A DNA stretch of 64,000 nucleotides, from positions 14,756,001 to 14,820,000 of the forward strand of contig OZ024755.1 in assembly GCA_964016885.1 (NCBI GenBank). Direction: 5' to 3'. The notes beneath the pieces are model-generated. The model saw only the letters and a program-made list of their open reading frames with translations, made no database searches and was not told where the DNA came from. Position numbers and translations under genes: made by a program. This document shows positions 45,541 to 62,660 of this stretch, piece by piece. This DNA is from Eledone cirrhosa. Its lineage: Eukaryota. The first letter of the stretch is position 1. Each line of letters opens with the position of its first letter.

Positions 45541-46016
45541 CACACATAGATATATAATTATATACATTATATGTACGTATGTACATATATATATGCACGC
45601 GCACACACAACAAACACACATATTCATATTTACATATATAATATTGAAAGGTATGTAATCCCTGGGTTTAAGCTGAAACGGATTGCCTGTGGTTAAATCG
45701 TATCAACATTATTTGATATGGCCTTCCAACCCTCAAGTCAGGTAAATCTCCTCCAACTATACCCTACCATTCCAACAGAGGAGTCCCTGTGTGTGCCAGG
45801 TACAAAAGTACCTGTAGCACTTTCATTCAAAAAGACCAACGTACCTCACACTGTAACTTCTATCACCCGAAAACAATGTTATCCAGAGGTAGACTTTCTC
45901 ACTTACAATTGACGTTGTCTAAATACATGTACCTCCTCTCTCTTCTTAATAAATATCATTATGGTTACTGTAAAGCTTTATATACTGGAAACCTCTCTTC
46001 GTCGTCACTCACTAAT

Positions 46017-46203
46017 GGCCAGTGGATTGGCAGTATCGGTAGAGGGTCGGACGCCATGCTTTGACGCATAGAGTTACGGCCCTTGCCATTCTGAGTTCAA
46101 ATCCCGCCGAGGTTAACTTTGCCTTTCATCCTTATGGGGTCGATAAAATAAAGTACCAGTAATACACTGGGTAATTGCTGGCCTTGTGCCAAAAGTAGAA
46201 ACA
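46017..46203 (+). mobile_element. Full-length tRNA-derived SINE flanked by a 61-bp direct repeat
   Basis: A box tggcagtatcggtagag, B box gagttcaaatc, body, 3' end gtagaaaca; 45958-46018 = 46204-46264. Confidence 0.92.
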
Positions 46204-46869
46204 ATTATGGTTACTGTAAAGCTTTATATACTGGAAACCTCTCTTCGTCGTCACTCACTAATGGTCATTCCTCATGATACATGTTATTGCCCTCGACATC
46301 TACAATGCTTACTATAGTATCAAAACTGCCCCACTTCTACTTTGGGCTCTGTCTGTCACTGTTGTGCCCGGCCCATTATCTATAAGGATTCTTCTTAAAC
46401 ATCTTTTCGCCCTACATATCAAAAGCTTTTCGTAACTCAAGGTTAATTTGAGTCTCTTATCACTTACCCTCTCTAAAATCACACGTGTCACCTGCTCCTA
46501 CAAGTTATGGGTCGTGTCCGTAGCCCCGTTAATCTGATTATTTTACAATTCTTAAACTCCCAATAAAAGTGAATTATTAGGTGGTCAGAAAGTTGTATTA
46601 GGACACTGAAGTATCCTGATGTGTCTCAAAGAAATTACATGGAAACGTGAAAATAGGTTCTTTAAATCACAATCTAGTTAGAGACATGCTACTGTAATGA
46701 CCCTCTAACGCAATAGATAATGTACTGGACTTCTCCTCTATGTGCCACTAGTTTGTATCCTACCAGCGATGAGTTTTCAGTAAATTATATAATATAGGAA
46801 TGAATGTTTGAATTTTTAAGTTTCACTATTTTTCTTATTTAATATTCTTCTCATGATTTCTGATACAAT

Positions 46870-46909
<40 letters not shown>

Positions 46910-47120
46910 GTGTATGTGTAGTGAGAGAGAGAGATAAGCTGGGGCAGAGAAACAGAGGCATGTATGTGTGTTTAACCAGTAAATTGTAAACAGACACTGG
47001 AGACATATTCACACACGCACACACACATATACATATATACATACACACATATGTATATATATATATATACACATGTACATATAAAAATGCACACACACAC
47101 GCACACACACACACACATAC

Positions 47121-47173
<53 letters not shown>

Positions 47174-48419
47174 CATGCATGTGCGTATATCTGATTTTGG
47201 CAGTGTTACATATATGTATCAGTAAAGAAGAAGCACGTGCGTGTGACTAACAGCTACCGAATATTTGCACGCACGTTCGTCAATTATTTGTAATAGTTGT
47301 GGAAATTGATAGTTTTCTGGGTATGTGTCTGTCAATATTTAGCCTTATAATTCACCAACACTTAAGTAATTTAATTCATAAAGCATCATTTTAGTATTCA
47401 TCACTGCCAATATGAATGATTCACAAGTTGCTGTTTGTTGTGACCCTAACTATAAATTGAAGTTCATTGGTTGCAATTTGCTAAGTTCACCATTCTACAG
47501 CAGTTCTGCATTTTTGATTCTGGCTACTTACAGCTATCTTCTCGATTTACTGCTATTAACCGTGGTCAGAGTATGGAAGATTTCATAAATAATTACGCGT
47601 GTCGTATTTAATTCAATAGCCATATGGATCATTCTTCAGCTTCGATGATGAGGTTGGCAATTCTTAAATCATCTGAACGACCAACTCATTAAAATAACGT
47701 GTAAGGGCTTGAGTATTCCATATTCACTTTTACAGGAATGGTAGATATGAAATCCCGAACGAAGGAGTCTTCCATTCACAAAGGCAATTTTCAATATCAA
47801 ATTCTTGAAGTGTATTTCCGTTATAAACTATAGCCTCAATTACAAGAAACTCTCTGAGGTCAATGATAGACAAATTCCGAAGTATATTACTGGTAATATC
47901 CATAGAGCTGGGCAGAAAAACCTCACTGATGTCAACGACCAGGAACACCAAATTCTCCAACTGTATTACTGCTAACATCTAGGGAACTTAAAACAATTTA
48001 TGTCATTAAGCTAACAAAAGATTTAAAATGACACAACATTAGTAATCACGAACATTTGAGATCCGTAAACAATAGGATATGTAGTTTTAGAGTGAAATAG
48101 CTTTAAACTGAAAGCGCGAAGATATTACCTGAATAGTGTTTACCATACTCGGATATCTAATACATTAAGATGAATCATACGTTTGCGATATTCATACATT
48201 TGGACGGTAAACATAACTGGCATTATATTGACAGATATGTCTAGTAAGCTAGCTTTGCAATGTTTCAGAACAATTCTGCTGTATGTGACATTAACGTAAT
48301 TATATTTCAGTTATAATATCTATTTGAATTATACGGATTGGTAAGTAGTCAATACCATGCCTGTGAAAAGATATCATAAAACTCGCAAGCGCACAGATAG
48401 AACCATCCCCCCCCCCAAC

Positions 48420-48599
48420 CATATACATATATAATATATACATATATATATATATATATATAGAAATAAATATGTTTTATATATATATATATAAATATAT
48501 AAGATATATTTACTTTCTTTGTTTAGGGAGTTCCTAATAATGTTGTACATATATATATATGTGTATATTATATATATATATATATATGTGTGTGTATAT

Positions 48600-48632
<33 letters not shown>

Positions 48633-48728
48633 ATATTATATATATATATATATATATATATGTGTATATTATATATATATATATATATATGTGTATATTA
48701 TATATATATATATGTGTATATTATATAC

Positions 48729-48765
<37 letters not shown>
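48420..48765. repeat. TA-rich minisatellite (tgtgtatatt(at)n)
   Basis: Direct inspection. Confidence 0.9.
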
Positions 48766-48766
<1 letters not shown>

Positions 48767-49224
48767 GATCTGTCTATATTAGAAATACAAGCTTTCGCCG
48801 TATCTCTTTTACTAAAACAATTTTAGCTTCTATTTCTAATATCAAACTTCTTTTCTGTTTCAAAACATACATACTTATCTCTCTATATGTCTATCTACCT
48901 ACATATCGTATTGAGTATTACAGAAGAATATTTATTTCGAGAATATTAATATAATGTGTGTGTAATCGAAAACAGAAATGCGAGTTTGAAAAGATTATGC
49001 AATGTATCCTACATTTTATATAACAATAATGAACATCACTTAATCACAGGTCCCAGGATTTTATGATTCAGGTTATTGCCACCATATTTGGAGGTTTGCC
49101 TTAAACACTAACCATGACCGTATACTATGAATTACTCAATGAAATTCGTTTAGCATCAGTTCCTATCCAAATTTGACTATTTCTGTCTCTGTGGTACCGA
49201 CGATAGGATATCTGTTTTTATAAG

Positions 49225-49370
49225 GATTTCTAATATAGGTACAAGACCAGCAATTTGAAGGAATGAAGCCGATTAGATTAACACCATTACTTTACTGGCA
49301 TTTCATTTTATCTACCTCAGAAGGATAATAGGTAAAGTTGATCTTAGCAGGATTTGAAGACTGGAAGTAA
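49225..49370 (-). mobile_element. Degraded SINE
   Basis: acaagaccagcaattt...gccgattagatt...ttttatc...aggat...aaagttga...ggatttgaa. Confidence 0.7.
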
Positions 49371-50391
49371 ATTACCAGGACAAAATTATTAAGAACTGTG
49401 ATGGAATTAAACTAAACACAGCAAAATTATTCAAATACTTTTGTACCAACATCGAATTCACCCCCTTTACAGAGAAAATATTAGGCAGAATTTAAGTGAA
49501 ACTAAATTCCCCGAATAAGTTTGTTTTTTGTTAATAGAAAGATCGTGTCGTTGTGTGTGATTGTGTGTAGCTGACTGTCCATCAGGACATACGATATATC
49601 ATGCAGTGAACACATTCCAGACGACAATTGTTAAATCATATAATTCAGATACTACACAATACGTTGGTCGCCATCTGTTAAATTCGCAATGGCATGTTTA
49701 TAATTTAACGTTCAAGATTTAATAATTTAATTCTATCTCTTCCATTCTTCCGTATAGTAATTTTCTTTTCCCCCTTTCTATTTTAAATTTTATTATCGTC
49801 ATCATTTCTACTAGAATATTTGTTCAAATATCGATCCCACGGAATTTGAACATCAATCTATTTTATCCAAGGAAATCTGTAATTAGTTCGCCAGACAATA
49901 GTTATAATCAGTGTTCTGATTATATTACAATCTATTTATGCAGTAAATTTGAAATCTTGTAAAGAGACGGTTTTTCTCAGATATTTTCTTTTTTTCCCTT
50001 CTACTCAAATAGAAGATGCAAGAGCAGTCGAATTTGAAACCTAGGAAATTTAAAATAAAACTAAATATAATAGTTCAGATGTAGATAAGACACTGAAAAA
50101 GAATGAAAAGTATTTGAAAGTAAACCAGAATAAACATGAATAGGCAATAAATTACAACTAATTTCAGTGAGAAATGTAATTCTCTCTATTTTAACTTAAG
50201 TTAATAAAGAATAGCTATAAAACATTTGTAGATGGAAGTACATCGCTCTTATATGCATATGTATGTCGGTGCGTTTGTGTGGAAATTTCATTTACGCGCG
50301 GGCAAACACAGACAGACAGACACATATATATGTATGTATGAATATATAGATATATGTGAGTGTGTGCATATATACATATGCATATATATAT

Positions 50392-50435
<44 letters not shown>

Positions 50436-50939
50436 CCCTTTCCATATCTACTTATCTATATATTCATCTATCTAGCTATCAAGCTAGCTATATATTTGAG
50501 TATATATCCATTTACCTATCTAAATATCTTTCTATTTTCTATGTGTTTGTAATTTAGTGTGTCTGTATCTGTGAATGTGTGGGTGTTCGTCTTCTGGGTC
50601 TATGTCTAGTTTCTTTCATTAAACACTTTCCATGAGTGAATTTGACGACGTTAAGAACGAATTTCTATAGTATTGTACATTAGTACTAGACGATAATATC
50701 ATAATGCTATTTTACGTTTAAAAAATAATACTCTGTTTCCTTTTGAAGTTTGCGATAAAAGGTGATATCCTCATAGCTTCAGGTAACTTTGTTTGATTAG
50801 TTAACCAGGCATGGATATATACCCGTATACTTATAATCTCTGTGAGACCTCACATGCTGTGTAGGGATGAAGATCGGTGTGGAGGTTGTCAGAGGTGAAT
50901 AGGTTCGCTGAAAAATCAGCTGATGCTGTTGATACTAGT

Positions 50940-51145
50940 TTTTGATTTAGACACAGGGCCAACAATGTGGGGGGGGGGGGGAGGGAAAATCAATTAAACC
51001 GACCTTAGTGCATTACTGGTTCTTTATTTTAACGACCACATAAGGATGAAAAGCTAAGATAACCTTGGTAGGATTTGAACTTAGGTCGTAAAGGCCGTAA
51101 CTCTGTATCATATAGCATATTGTCCGATGCGTTGCCCATACTGTC
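50940..51145 (-). mobile_element. Degraded SINE
   Basis: cattactggttctttattttaacgacc...ggatgaaa...ggatttgaact...gtaactct. Confidence 0.75.
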
Positions 51146-53378
51146 ATTGTTAATATTAAAAACATTAATTTGGTGTGTTGAACAAGTGTGTTGATGCACA
51201 TTTTCTAGAATGTGATCAACAATTTAGAAAAAAATACTGTATTATTCAGGAAGGGAAGGGCCGTGCATCCATGATGGGTTAGAAATATCTCCTCAATCTG
51301 GTACTAACGTTTACAATAGAAAGTTTCGCTAAAGTTGTGGTGTTAAACTGTGCGGTGGAAATGGCTTATCAATCTAGTAGACCACAGCGTGCTATTAACT
51401 CAGAACGAATATAGTGGATTTTTTTATTTTGTAAATAAATTCGAATAATATATATAATGTGTGTGTGTGTGTGTGTGTGTATTTTTCAGCGAAGAGAGAT
51501 TTGCTGAATGTTTTCCTTTACATATGTATGTGGGTGTATATATGTATTATATTTATCTAGTTATATGTGATGTGTTCATAGTGAATGAAATGGTACTTTC
51601 GCTGTCTGTGTAAAGCATATTGTTTCAGGTATGCAAACTTATTTGCTGAATTTCAGAAAACTTTTTGGACTTCCATGCTAAAATGTATTTTCCGTTTTTT
51701 TTTTAGCAACCTTCTTAACACACACATATAGATCTTCTTTCAGTTTATAATGTGTTTTGTTTATGTCTTCTATTGTCTGGATCCATATCTTCGATAGTTT
51801 TCTTCGCATTCTACTGTCGTCAACGAATTCTCCGTTAGATTTCTTTAGTTTTCTTATAGCAAATGTAAGAGCGTTTCTAGTTTTGCTGACACGAGAACTG
51901 CTGAGATAAGAGAGATAAGAAACTACATTTTAACGTTATTTAAGTAATTCAACATCATATCTAATGCAGGGGATTATTCTTTCAAATTTTTATATCACGA
52001 ATATTTATAAGGATGTTTGAAATGTAGAATGACGTTTGCTATTATTCAATACGATAGCATTATCTTTTAGAAAAGTATCTATTAGTTTGATATTCTTTTG
52101 GGTGGGTTTGTAGATGGATTAAGACATGTAAAAAGTGTTTAGTTGATAAGAAGTGTTGATGTGTTATTGTCATGATTGTTTAAGTGAATGTTGATGTAAA
52201 TGGTGATAATGATATTAAAGTAATGGAAAGAGACGAATTAACATATCACTGAATTCTGTTATGCAGATTGCCTGTGACAACTGTTCTGCATATGCAAACT
52301 CTGCACAGTGTTTCCATTTTATGAAAAATTATAAAGAGCAAATAGCACATCGAAAAGATATGCAGGAAAAAAAATGAAAATGGAAAAGTTATATCGTCCA
52401 GAATGTACAAGATATAATAGAAGAAATATTTTGTAACAGCAGACCGTTTGAGAGCAATGATATTTAAGCCATTGCCTTCCAACATCGATGTATGAATTGT
52501 ACTTCTGTTGTAGATTGACCAAGCATTCTATAGCATAGAGGTAACAACACATTCAGTTTTTGAAGCCTTCGCTGTTTATTTTACATAGAATGTTCTAACA
52601 TGCATTCACACACAGAGAAAGACACAAACTCGAATTATTATACACAGACACGCACATATAGACACATAGGCAGACACACGAAAATACACCTACACATCAG
52701 ACACATGCATGCAAACACACATGTATGCACACACACACATGTCTACACACATTCAAGCAAGCACAAGGAAACATACTTTACTTCAAATATTCTTTGGAGA
52801 AACATCCTTTCGGTTACATGTATTCTTAACTATTAGCTTCCAGTTTTTCAAATAAAGTTTGTACTGTTTAATAAGATTGCTAGACAATATGCTATTTAGA
52901 AATGTTCAATGTATGTTTATTATGTACAAATTGATATGCACCATTCATTAAATTCCAGTCGAATCGCATTTCTTGGCGCGTTAACTTGTAAAATAGTCAT
53001 AAGGAGACAATAATGTCTATCATTGGCCTGTCAGAAGACTCTATATATGTATAGCATTGAAACGTGTAATATATAAACCGATCACTATATATGTACATGC
53101 ACTGGTACAAATACACAGACAATAAATACACAAAAGAAGACGGAAAATAAAGTAGATAAGGACGAACAAATAGACACATACTTAAATGCATATACATGTA
53201 CATATGTTTATATATATATCGCAGCGCTGTTAGTTGCTATCGTGTGTGTGTGTGTGTATAGATATGTTTATGTGTGCGCGTGTATGTGTATATGTATATG
53301 TATATTATTATTGTTGTTGTTATTATTATTGTTAACAATGTATATGTGTGTGTGTATATATATGTGTGTGTGTATATG

Positions 53379-53419
<41 letters not shown>

Positions 53420-53550
53420 TTCTTTTTTTTTATTCATCTATTAATGTTTTTATTTTTATTTTATTTATTTATTCATTTTTTTTCTCTCGTGCAATGGCCA
53501 TACTCGATAACGAGGGGGCAGTCATCATATATATATATATATATATATAT

Positions 53551-53690
53551 AGTGGTAGAACACTGGAAGGTAATATCCGTAGTGGTAGAGCACTCAGTCC
53601 AAGGGACGAGTTAGATAGGAGGGGTTACACAACAAGTTAGTTCACCATACCGAGAACTATTGTTTCACGTTCGCGGATCTTCATCCCGAG
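53551..53690 (-). mobile_element. PLE-terminus-like element with decayed hammerhead and TGAGTGCTCT motif, in (TA)n
   Basis: Minus strand: tcggg ATGAAGA tccgcgaacgt GAAAC aata GTT ctcgg ... tgagtgctct, then 36 nt, then (TA)n. Confidence 0.5.
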
Positions 53691-53744
53691 ATGTATGTAT
53701 GTATATATGTATGTATGTATATATATATGTATGTATATATATGT

Positions 53745-53970
53745 CCGGGAGAGATGACCCTTTAGCTTTTGTCAAGGCAGAATTCTAGGAGAAGGAACAC
53801 TCTGATATAACACCTGCAACCCTGATGGTATCCAATGATGTTGACTTGTTCTACTTTTTGGTAAATATCATCTTGGTTAAGAGAGTTTGGACTGGCTTTG
53901 TGCAGTGCCTTTGCTCACTATAAAAGCTTCACGGCACAACCATTGCTTTATATCTGGAGATCTCTCTGCA

Positions 53971-53973
<3 letters not shown>
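53745..53973 (+). mobile_element. Partial copy of the 56831-57435 element (RTE 5'UTR-like)
   Basis: Inverted homologue of 57011-57238. Confidence 0.85.
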
Positions 53974-54023
<50 letters not shown>

Positions 54024-54039
54024 AATATAATATATATAT

Positions 54040-54126
54040 AATAAATATTTGCTCTACTGTTCTTATATATTTATTCTTATCGAGCCTTCTTTGGATTTTA
54101 GTCTTCACATTTATTATTATTACTAT
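54040..54126 (+). mobile_element. Family B tail-only copy
   Basis: Reverse-complement homologue of 24061-24152. Confidence 0.75.
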
Positions 54127-54302
54127 TGCCAGTATCGGTAGAGGGTCGGACGCCATGCTTTGACGCATAGAGTTACGGCATTTGCCATTGTGAGTTCAAA
54201 TCCCGCCGAGGTTAACTTTGCCTTTCATCCTTACGGGGTTGATAAAATACAATACCAGTAAAGTACTGGTTAATTGCTGGCCTTGTGCCAATAGTAGAAA
54301 CA
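54127..54302 (+). mobile_element. SINE with 14-bp TSD (attattattactat), inserted at the end of the family B tail
   Basis: 54113-54126 = 54303-54316. Confidence 0.9.
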
Positions 54303-54483
54303 ATTATTATTACTATATATATATATACATATATCTGTTTCTCTTGTTTTAAAATACCAATCGTGAGTTCTTTGTTAGTAATTTTCATAGAAAACATATC
54401 ATTTTAACTTTAATTTATTCTGTCATGTACATGCACGGAATAACGTATTAAGAAAAGTTATTTTATGATAAAGTGAATGATGT

Positions 54484-54530
<47 letters not shown>

Positions 54531-54659
54531 TGTTGTTTATTACTTAATAATATATATATATATATAGATTTAGATATATATAAATGTATATATACATAGA
54601 CATACATGTGTGTGTGTGCATATCTGTGTGTGTGTGCATGTGCGCGTGTGTGTGTATTA

Positions 54660-54960
54660 ACAGATATGTATATATAATATATATATATATAATATACTTA
54701 TATATGTATATATATAAAATATATATATAAATACTTATATATGTATATATACATATGAAAAAATGGGGAGAATACTTATATGTAAATATATATATATATA
54801 TACTTATATATGTATGTATATATATATATATATATATATATACTTATATATGTATATATATATATATATATACTTGTATATATATGTATATATATATATA
54901 TATATATACTTGTATATATATGTATATATATATATATATATATATACTTGTATATATATG

Positions 54961-55035
<75 letters not shown>

Positions 55036-55054
55036 ATATACTTGTATATATATG

Positions 55055-55109
<55 letters not shown>

Positions 55110-55124
55110 ATATACATATATATG

Positions 55125-55160
<36 letters not shown>

Positions 55161-56122
55161 CTTATATATATGTATATATATATATATATACTTATATATA
55201 TGTATATATATATACTTATATATGTATGTATATATATATACTTACATATGTATGTATATATATATGTATATATATACTTATATATGTATGTATATATATA
55301 CTTATATATGTATGTATATATATACTTATATATGTATGTATATATATATATATACTTATATATGTATGTATATATATATATACTTATATATGTATGTATA
55401 TATATATATACTTATATATATATGTATATATATACTTATATATGTATGTATATATATACTTATATATGTATGTATATATATACTTATATATGTATGTATA
55501 TATATATATACTTATATATGTATGTATATATATATATACTTATATATGTATGTATATATATATATACTTATATATGTATGTATATATATATATATACTCT
55601 ATATGTATGTATATATATGCTTATATATGTATGTATATGTATATATATATACTTATATATGTATGTATATATATATATATATACTATATATGTATGTATA
55701 TATATACTTATATATGTATGTATATGTATATATATATACTTATATATGTATGTATATATATATATATACTATATATGTATGTATATATATACTTATATAT
55801 GTATGTATATATATATATACTTATATATGTATGTATATATATATATACTTATATATGTATGTATATATATATACTTATATATGTATGTATATATATATAT
55901 ACTTATATATGTATGTATATATATATACTATATATGTATGTATATATATACTTATATATGTATGTATATATATATACTTATATATGTATGTATATATATA
56001 TACTTATATATGTATGTATATATTTATACTTATATACTTATATACTATATATATACTTATATACTTATATATACATACATATACATACATATACATACAT
56101 ATGTATACATATATATATATAC

Positions 56123-56155
<33 letters not shown>

Positions 56156-56596
56156 CATACATATACATATGTATACATATATATACATAGATATGTACAT
56201 ACATATATATATATACATACATATACATATATATTTACATACATATATATGTACATACATATATATATATATATATACATACATATACGTATATATATAC
56301 ATACATATATATATATACATATACATATATATATATATACATATACATATATATATATATATATAAATACATATATATATATACATACATATACATATAT
56401 ATACACACATATATATACACATATATATATACATACATACATATACATATATATATACATATACATATATATATACATACATATATATATATACATACAT
56501 ATACATATATGTACATATATATATATACATATGTATATATATATATATTTATATTTACACATACATATACATACATATACATATATATATACACAC

Positions 56597-56627
<31 letters not shown>

Positions 56628-56639
56628 TATATATACATA

Positions 56640-56675
<36 letters not shown>

Positions 56676-56708
56676 CTCATATATATATACATATGTATAT
56701 ATATATAC

Positions 56709-56739
<31 letters not shown>

Positions 56740-56830
56740 CATATGTATATATATACATATGTATATATATATATATATACGTATATATATATATACATAT
56801 ATACATATATATATATACATATATACATAT
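54660..56830. repeat. ~2.2 kb TA-derived minisatellite (tacttatatatgtatg(ta)n, switching to TACA units)
   Basis: Direct inspection. Confidence 0.95.
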
Positions 56831-57435
56831 GGTGGCTGCCAACTCGTTTTCGAGTACGGCCACTACTTTATATCCATGTAGGAGAACCCCTACCGATGCG
56901 CTAAACAAGTGTGACTTAGTCCAGCCAGCGACTTGAAAACTCTGGTACAAACACTACACTTGTGACAATTATTGACACATAGTGCTGGGCCCATGGTACC
57001 ACGTGACGACAAGTGCAGAGAGATCTCCAGGCACAAAGCAATGCCTGTACCGTGAAGCTTTTATAGTGAGTAAAGGCACTGCACAAAGCCAGTCCCACTC
57101 TCTTAACCAAGATGATATTTACCAAAAAGAAGAACAAGTCAACATCATTCGATACCATCAGAGTTGCAGGTGTTATATCAGAGTTTTCCTTCTCCTAGAA
57201 TTCTGCCTTGACAAAGGCTAAGGGGTCATCTCTCCCGGTGATTTTGGACGGCCATTGACTCTTAAGAGCTCCTTTGCCCTTTGACAGGTTTTGTTTTTAG
57301 TCCCGCAGGATGTCCAAAGTCACCCTCCTCACCAAGAAACCTTGGTGGGGTTGCCAGTTTAGTCGCCAACGACCCGACCATGAGACAGGTTGTACTGGGA
57401 TACATGTTACCAGTAGCACCAACTGGTGACCTGAC
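56831..57435 (-). mobile_element. ~600-bp non-coding interspersed element, probably a non-autonomous derivative of an RTE 5' UTR, in (TA)n
   Basis: Second copy at 53745. ctaggagaaggaaaactc and ttagcctttgtcaaggca resemble RTE-clade 5' UTR motifs as I recall them. Confidence 0.55.
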
Positions 57436-59035
<1,600 letters not shown>

Positions 59036-59411
59036 ATTCGTCTTTGAACAAAGCCGGGGATTGTTGCCTATATGTATATTTACATAATGAAAAAAAATAT
59101 ATATATATGTATATATATGTAATGTGTGTGTGTAAATATACATGCATGTATTCACTGGATTCACTGTACAATGTCATAGTAATGTTGGTAGGGTGTATGT
59201 GTATATATATATTGTATTCTAGATCCTGTTATTGAGTTTCAATGACAAAACAAACTGGTTGTTTAATGGGAAGTGATCTTTCCTTCATCCGTATTATGCG
59301 ATGTTAACAATGGTATTACGCCTGTATTTCTCTCCCATTCACTCTCTTCCTGTCTCTCAATGTGCGTATATATATATATATATCTATATATATATATATA
59401 TATATATATAT

Positions 59412-59545
59412 TGTAATAATAATAAATCTGAAGACTAAAATCCAAAGAGTGCTCGAATAGGATAAATATATATCAAATATATAAGAACCGTTAAGGGTGA
59501 AAGCAGCGATTATTTGCTTACACTTTAATCTGTTATTTTAATATA
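59412..59545 (-). mobile_element. Family B copy with internal deletion (tail fused to inverted arm), in (TA)n
   Basis: 59412-59488 matches 24061-24136; 59488-59545 matches 24223-24278. Confidence 0.8.
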
Positions 59546-59779
59546 TATATATATATATAAGTACATATATATATATATATATATATATAATGTGTGTGTG
59601 TCTCTGTGTGTGTAGGTGTGTGGATGTGTTTGCTTTGTTGAAAATATGACGATGTTCCTGATTCTCTGTGTTATGTTCAGAGAATTAGCGTTCCTAAATG
59701 GTTGTACGTACGTTTTGAGACCTCCACAGCCCTGTCTCCGCAATCAAAATTGTCATGCGAGTGGTATATTGGTCACTCA

Positions 59780-59945
59780 CAACATGGCTAAACATCATTA
59801 AAGAAGCCCACTTAGCAATCATTAGGTCTCAGTTACAGTACTATCAGGTGGCAACTTGGGCAAGTTTAATTTACTATGTCTGTTTGTTGTACCTTGGTTA
59901 ATGTGTGAAATTTTGGGGAAAATGTTATGTTTGGAAGCCCATCAG
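59780..59945 (+). mobile_element. Old CORE-type SINE remnant
   Basis: ggcaacttgggcaagt...actat...ccttg...gtgaaattt CORE-like segment. Confidence 0.4.
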
Positions 59946-61975
59946 AGACAATTTAAAAGACGAGCCACGCCAGAAACTGTATAACGCTAAATTTCGTACT
60001 CAGCTAATTGCACGCTTATTTCAAGAATAGGCTGTGACTTTGATCGAACACCTGAAACACCCAGCGAGAGACTATTTAAATTCCATTATGTAAAACTAAT
60101 GAATTTCGAAGAACCATTGGATTACCATACGAGTCTCTTATAACTCCTTAAAACCTTCTGTGATTATTTAATCTTATTTAATTATATTTAACTTTACTGT
60201 CCTCCCACACCATTTCTATTGATTTAATCCGAATTTTCGATATATAATGCAATACGATCCATATCCCGTCAACTCCAATGATGTAAATGAATACATGATG
60301 GCTTACGAGTTGAGGTTACGATAGAGAAATATATGGATACAGAGACACGCGTTGATGGTAGACTTAATACTAGGTGGGAGATATACCTCGATTCCCTCTT
60401 TAATATCCTCTGGCAAATTGATCCGAATATAGTCTGTTGCAAGAATTTAGACCATATCTCCGTTTTGAGAATACATATCTCTCATTTCAATCAGTATCGG
60501 GGACCTTAGATATCATAATATGCAGGTTTCTTCCCTTTTTCGATCAAAAGTAAAATGAAAATATATGCTAACTGCCATATACTGAACGAAAGTACACTTC
60601 ATGAGCGTGATTCATTATTTGGGCGTGTACCGAAAGTGAATGCACCCAAGTGGGCGAATTTATGCACCTGAGGAGACAGATGTATATGTTCTGTTATAAA
60701 CACGCCCATGTCGTTATGGACACGCGTTAGATTATTACCCTCTTCCTTAATCATGAATTATTTAACTACTTTCCATTTATTCATTATTCATCAATTAACT
60801 ATGTATTAGCCACTTCTTTAATTATCCATGAATTTCATTCGCTAGCATATATAATTGTACTTTTAGAAGAATATTTGCGAAATTGTGCTCATGAGCGTTT
60901 ACTGAGTGGGATTGAAGCCAGGGGTGTGAATACAAGAATGCACAGGCGTGTAGGAGTGTTTACAAAGCGTATACACTATTTCATGCGGTGAATTGACAGT
61001 GCTATAAGAACGTTGGATAGAATGCTGTATGATAAATTTTCGTATGGTAATCGACGTATCACTCACCAACCTCGAGATTGTTTGCGTTGTACCTAAATTA
61101 GGAATCACGTTACTAAAATAGGTTTTATATCCTTTTCGTTAGAGCAGTGGTTCTTAAATTGTCTCTTTATTTCAAAGAATTGACCCCTACGACTACTACC
61201 TGTTGTTCTACAGTGAAAATTACAATCAAAACATAGAAATCTTTATATTTAAAGAAAAAATGGATACCTAATAGTATGTGTAAATTATGTTTATAAGAAA
61301 TACATGAAAATTTGAATTTAGCTAACGGGTGCTTAGTACTATTTCTGCAAGGCCCAGGGTGGGTACCAAACGTTAATTGGTTTTTCTTTAATAATTTATC
61401 GAACCATCTAATGTTTTTATTCTTATATTTTCTCCCCTTCGTAAACACGCATGGAAAACGTTTTCATGTGAAATATGTAAATACCATGTTTACATTAATA
61501 TTTAAAACCCTCTTTAATCTTATTTCGATTCCGTTATTTAATATCTAATAATCCATTTATTCTTTCTAAGGAAATTATTTTCAGTTTGAATGCTCCACAT
61601 TAAAGAGATTCTAATAGATGAAACTACTACACACTCATGCACATTCACACGCAAACGAAGACAGTTGCATACAGATATATGTCTGTATATATATACATAT
61701 ATATGTGCGTGCGTGGATGTATCAGTATCAATATGTGTATACCAATGATGGTTGGAAGATCACCGATGAAGGACTAACTTTATTCATATGTAACCCATTA
61801 GCAACCACGCAGCACGTTTATTCTCATATTTACACATATTTATATATATATATAAAGAATTAGTATATCTAGTAACATATATATACACAGATGCATACTT
61901 ATGCTAGCAAATATATAGGTTTTGTTGAGAGTGAAATTTTAGTAAGTTAATTTTATAATTTTCTTATTTTACGTT

Positions 61976-62660
<685 letters not shown>

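Noticed and set aside
45050-45658. Ser/Leu/Pro-rich 202-aa ORF
   Set aside because: Product of the CT-rich low-complexity tract.
46017-46110. tRNA gene call from A/B boxes
   Set aside because: No cloverleaf; the boxes belong to the head of a multi-copy SINE.
47730-47978. 82-aa minus-strand ORF with ordinary composition
   Set aside because: No recognisable motif; splice signals are ambiguous on both strands.
61145-61515. cagtggttcttaaa resembling a hAT/Charlie TIR
   Set aside because: No convincing matching right TIR or 8-bp TSD.
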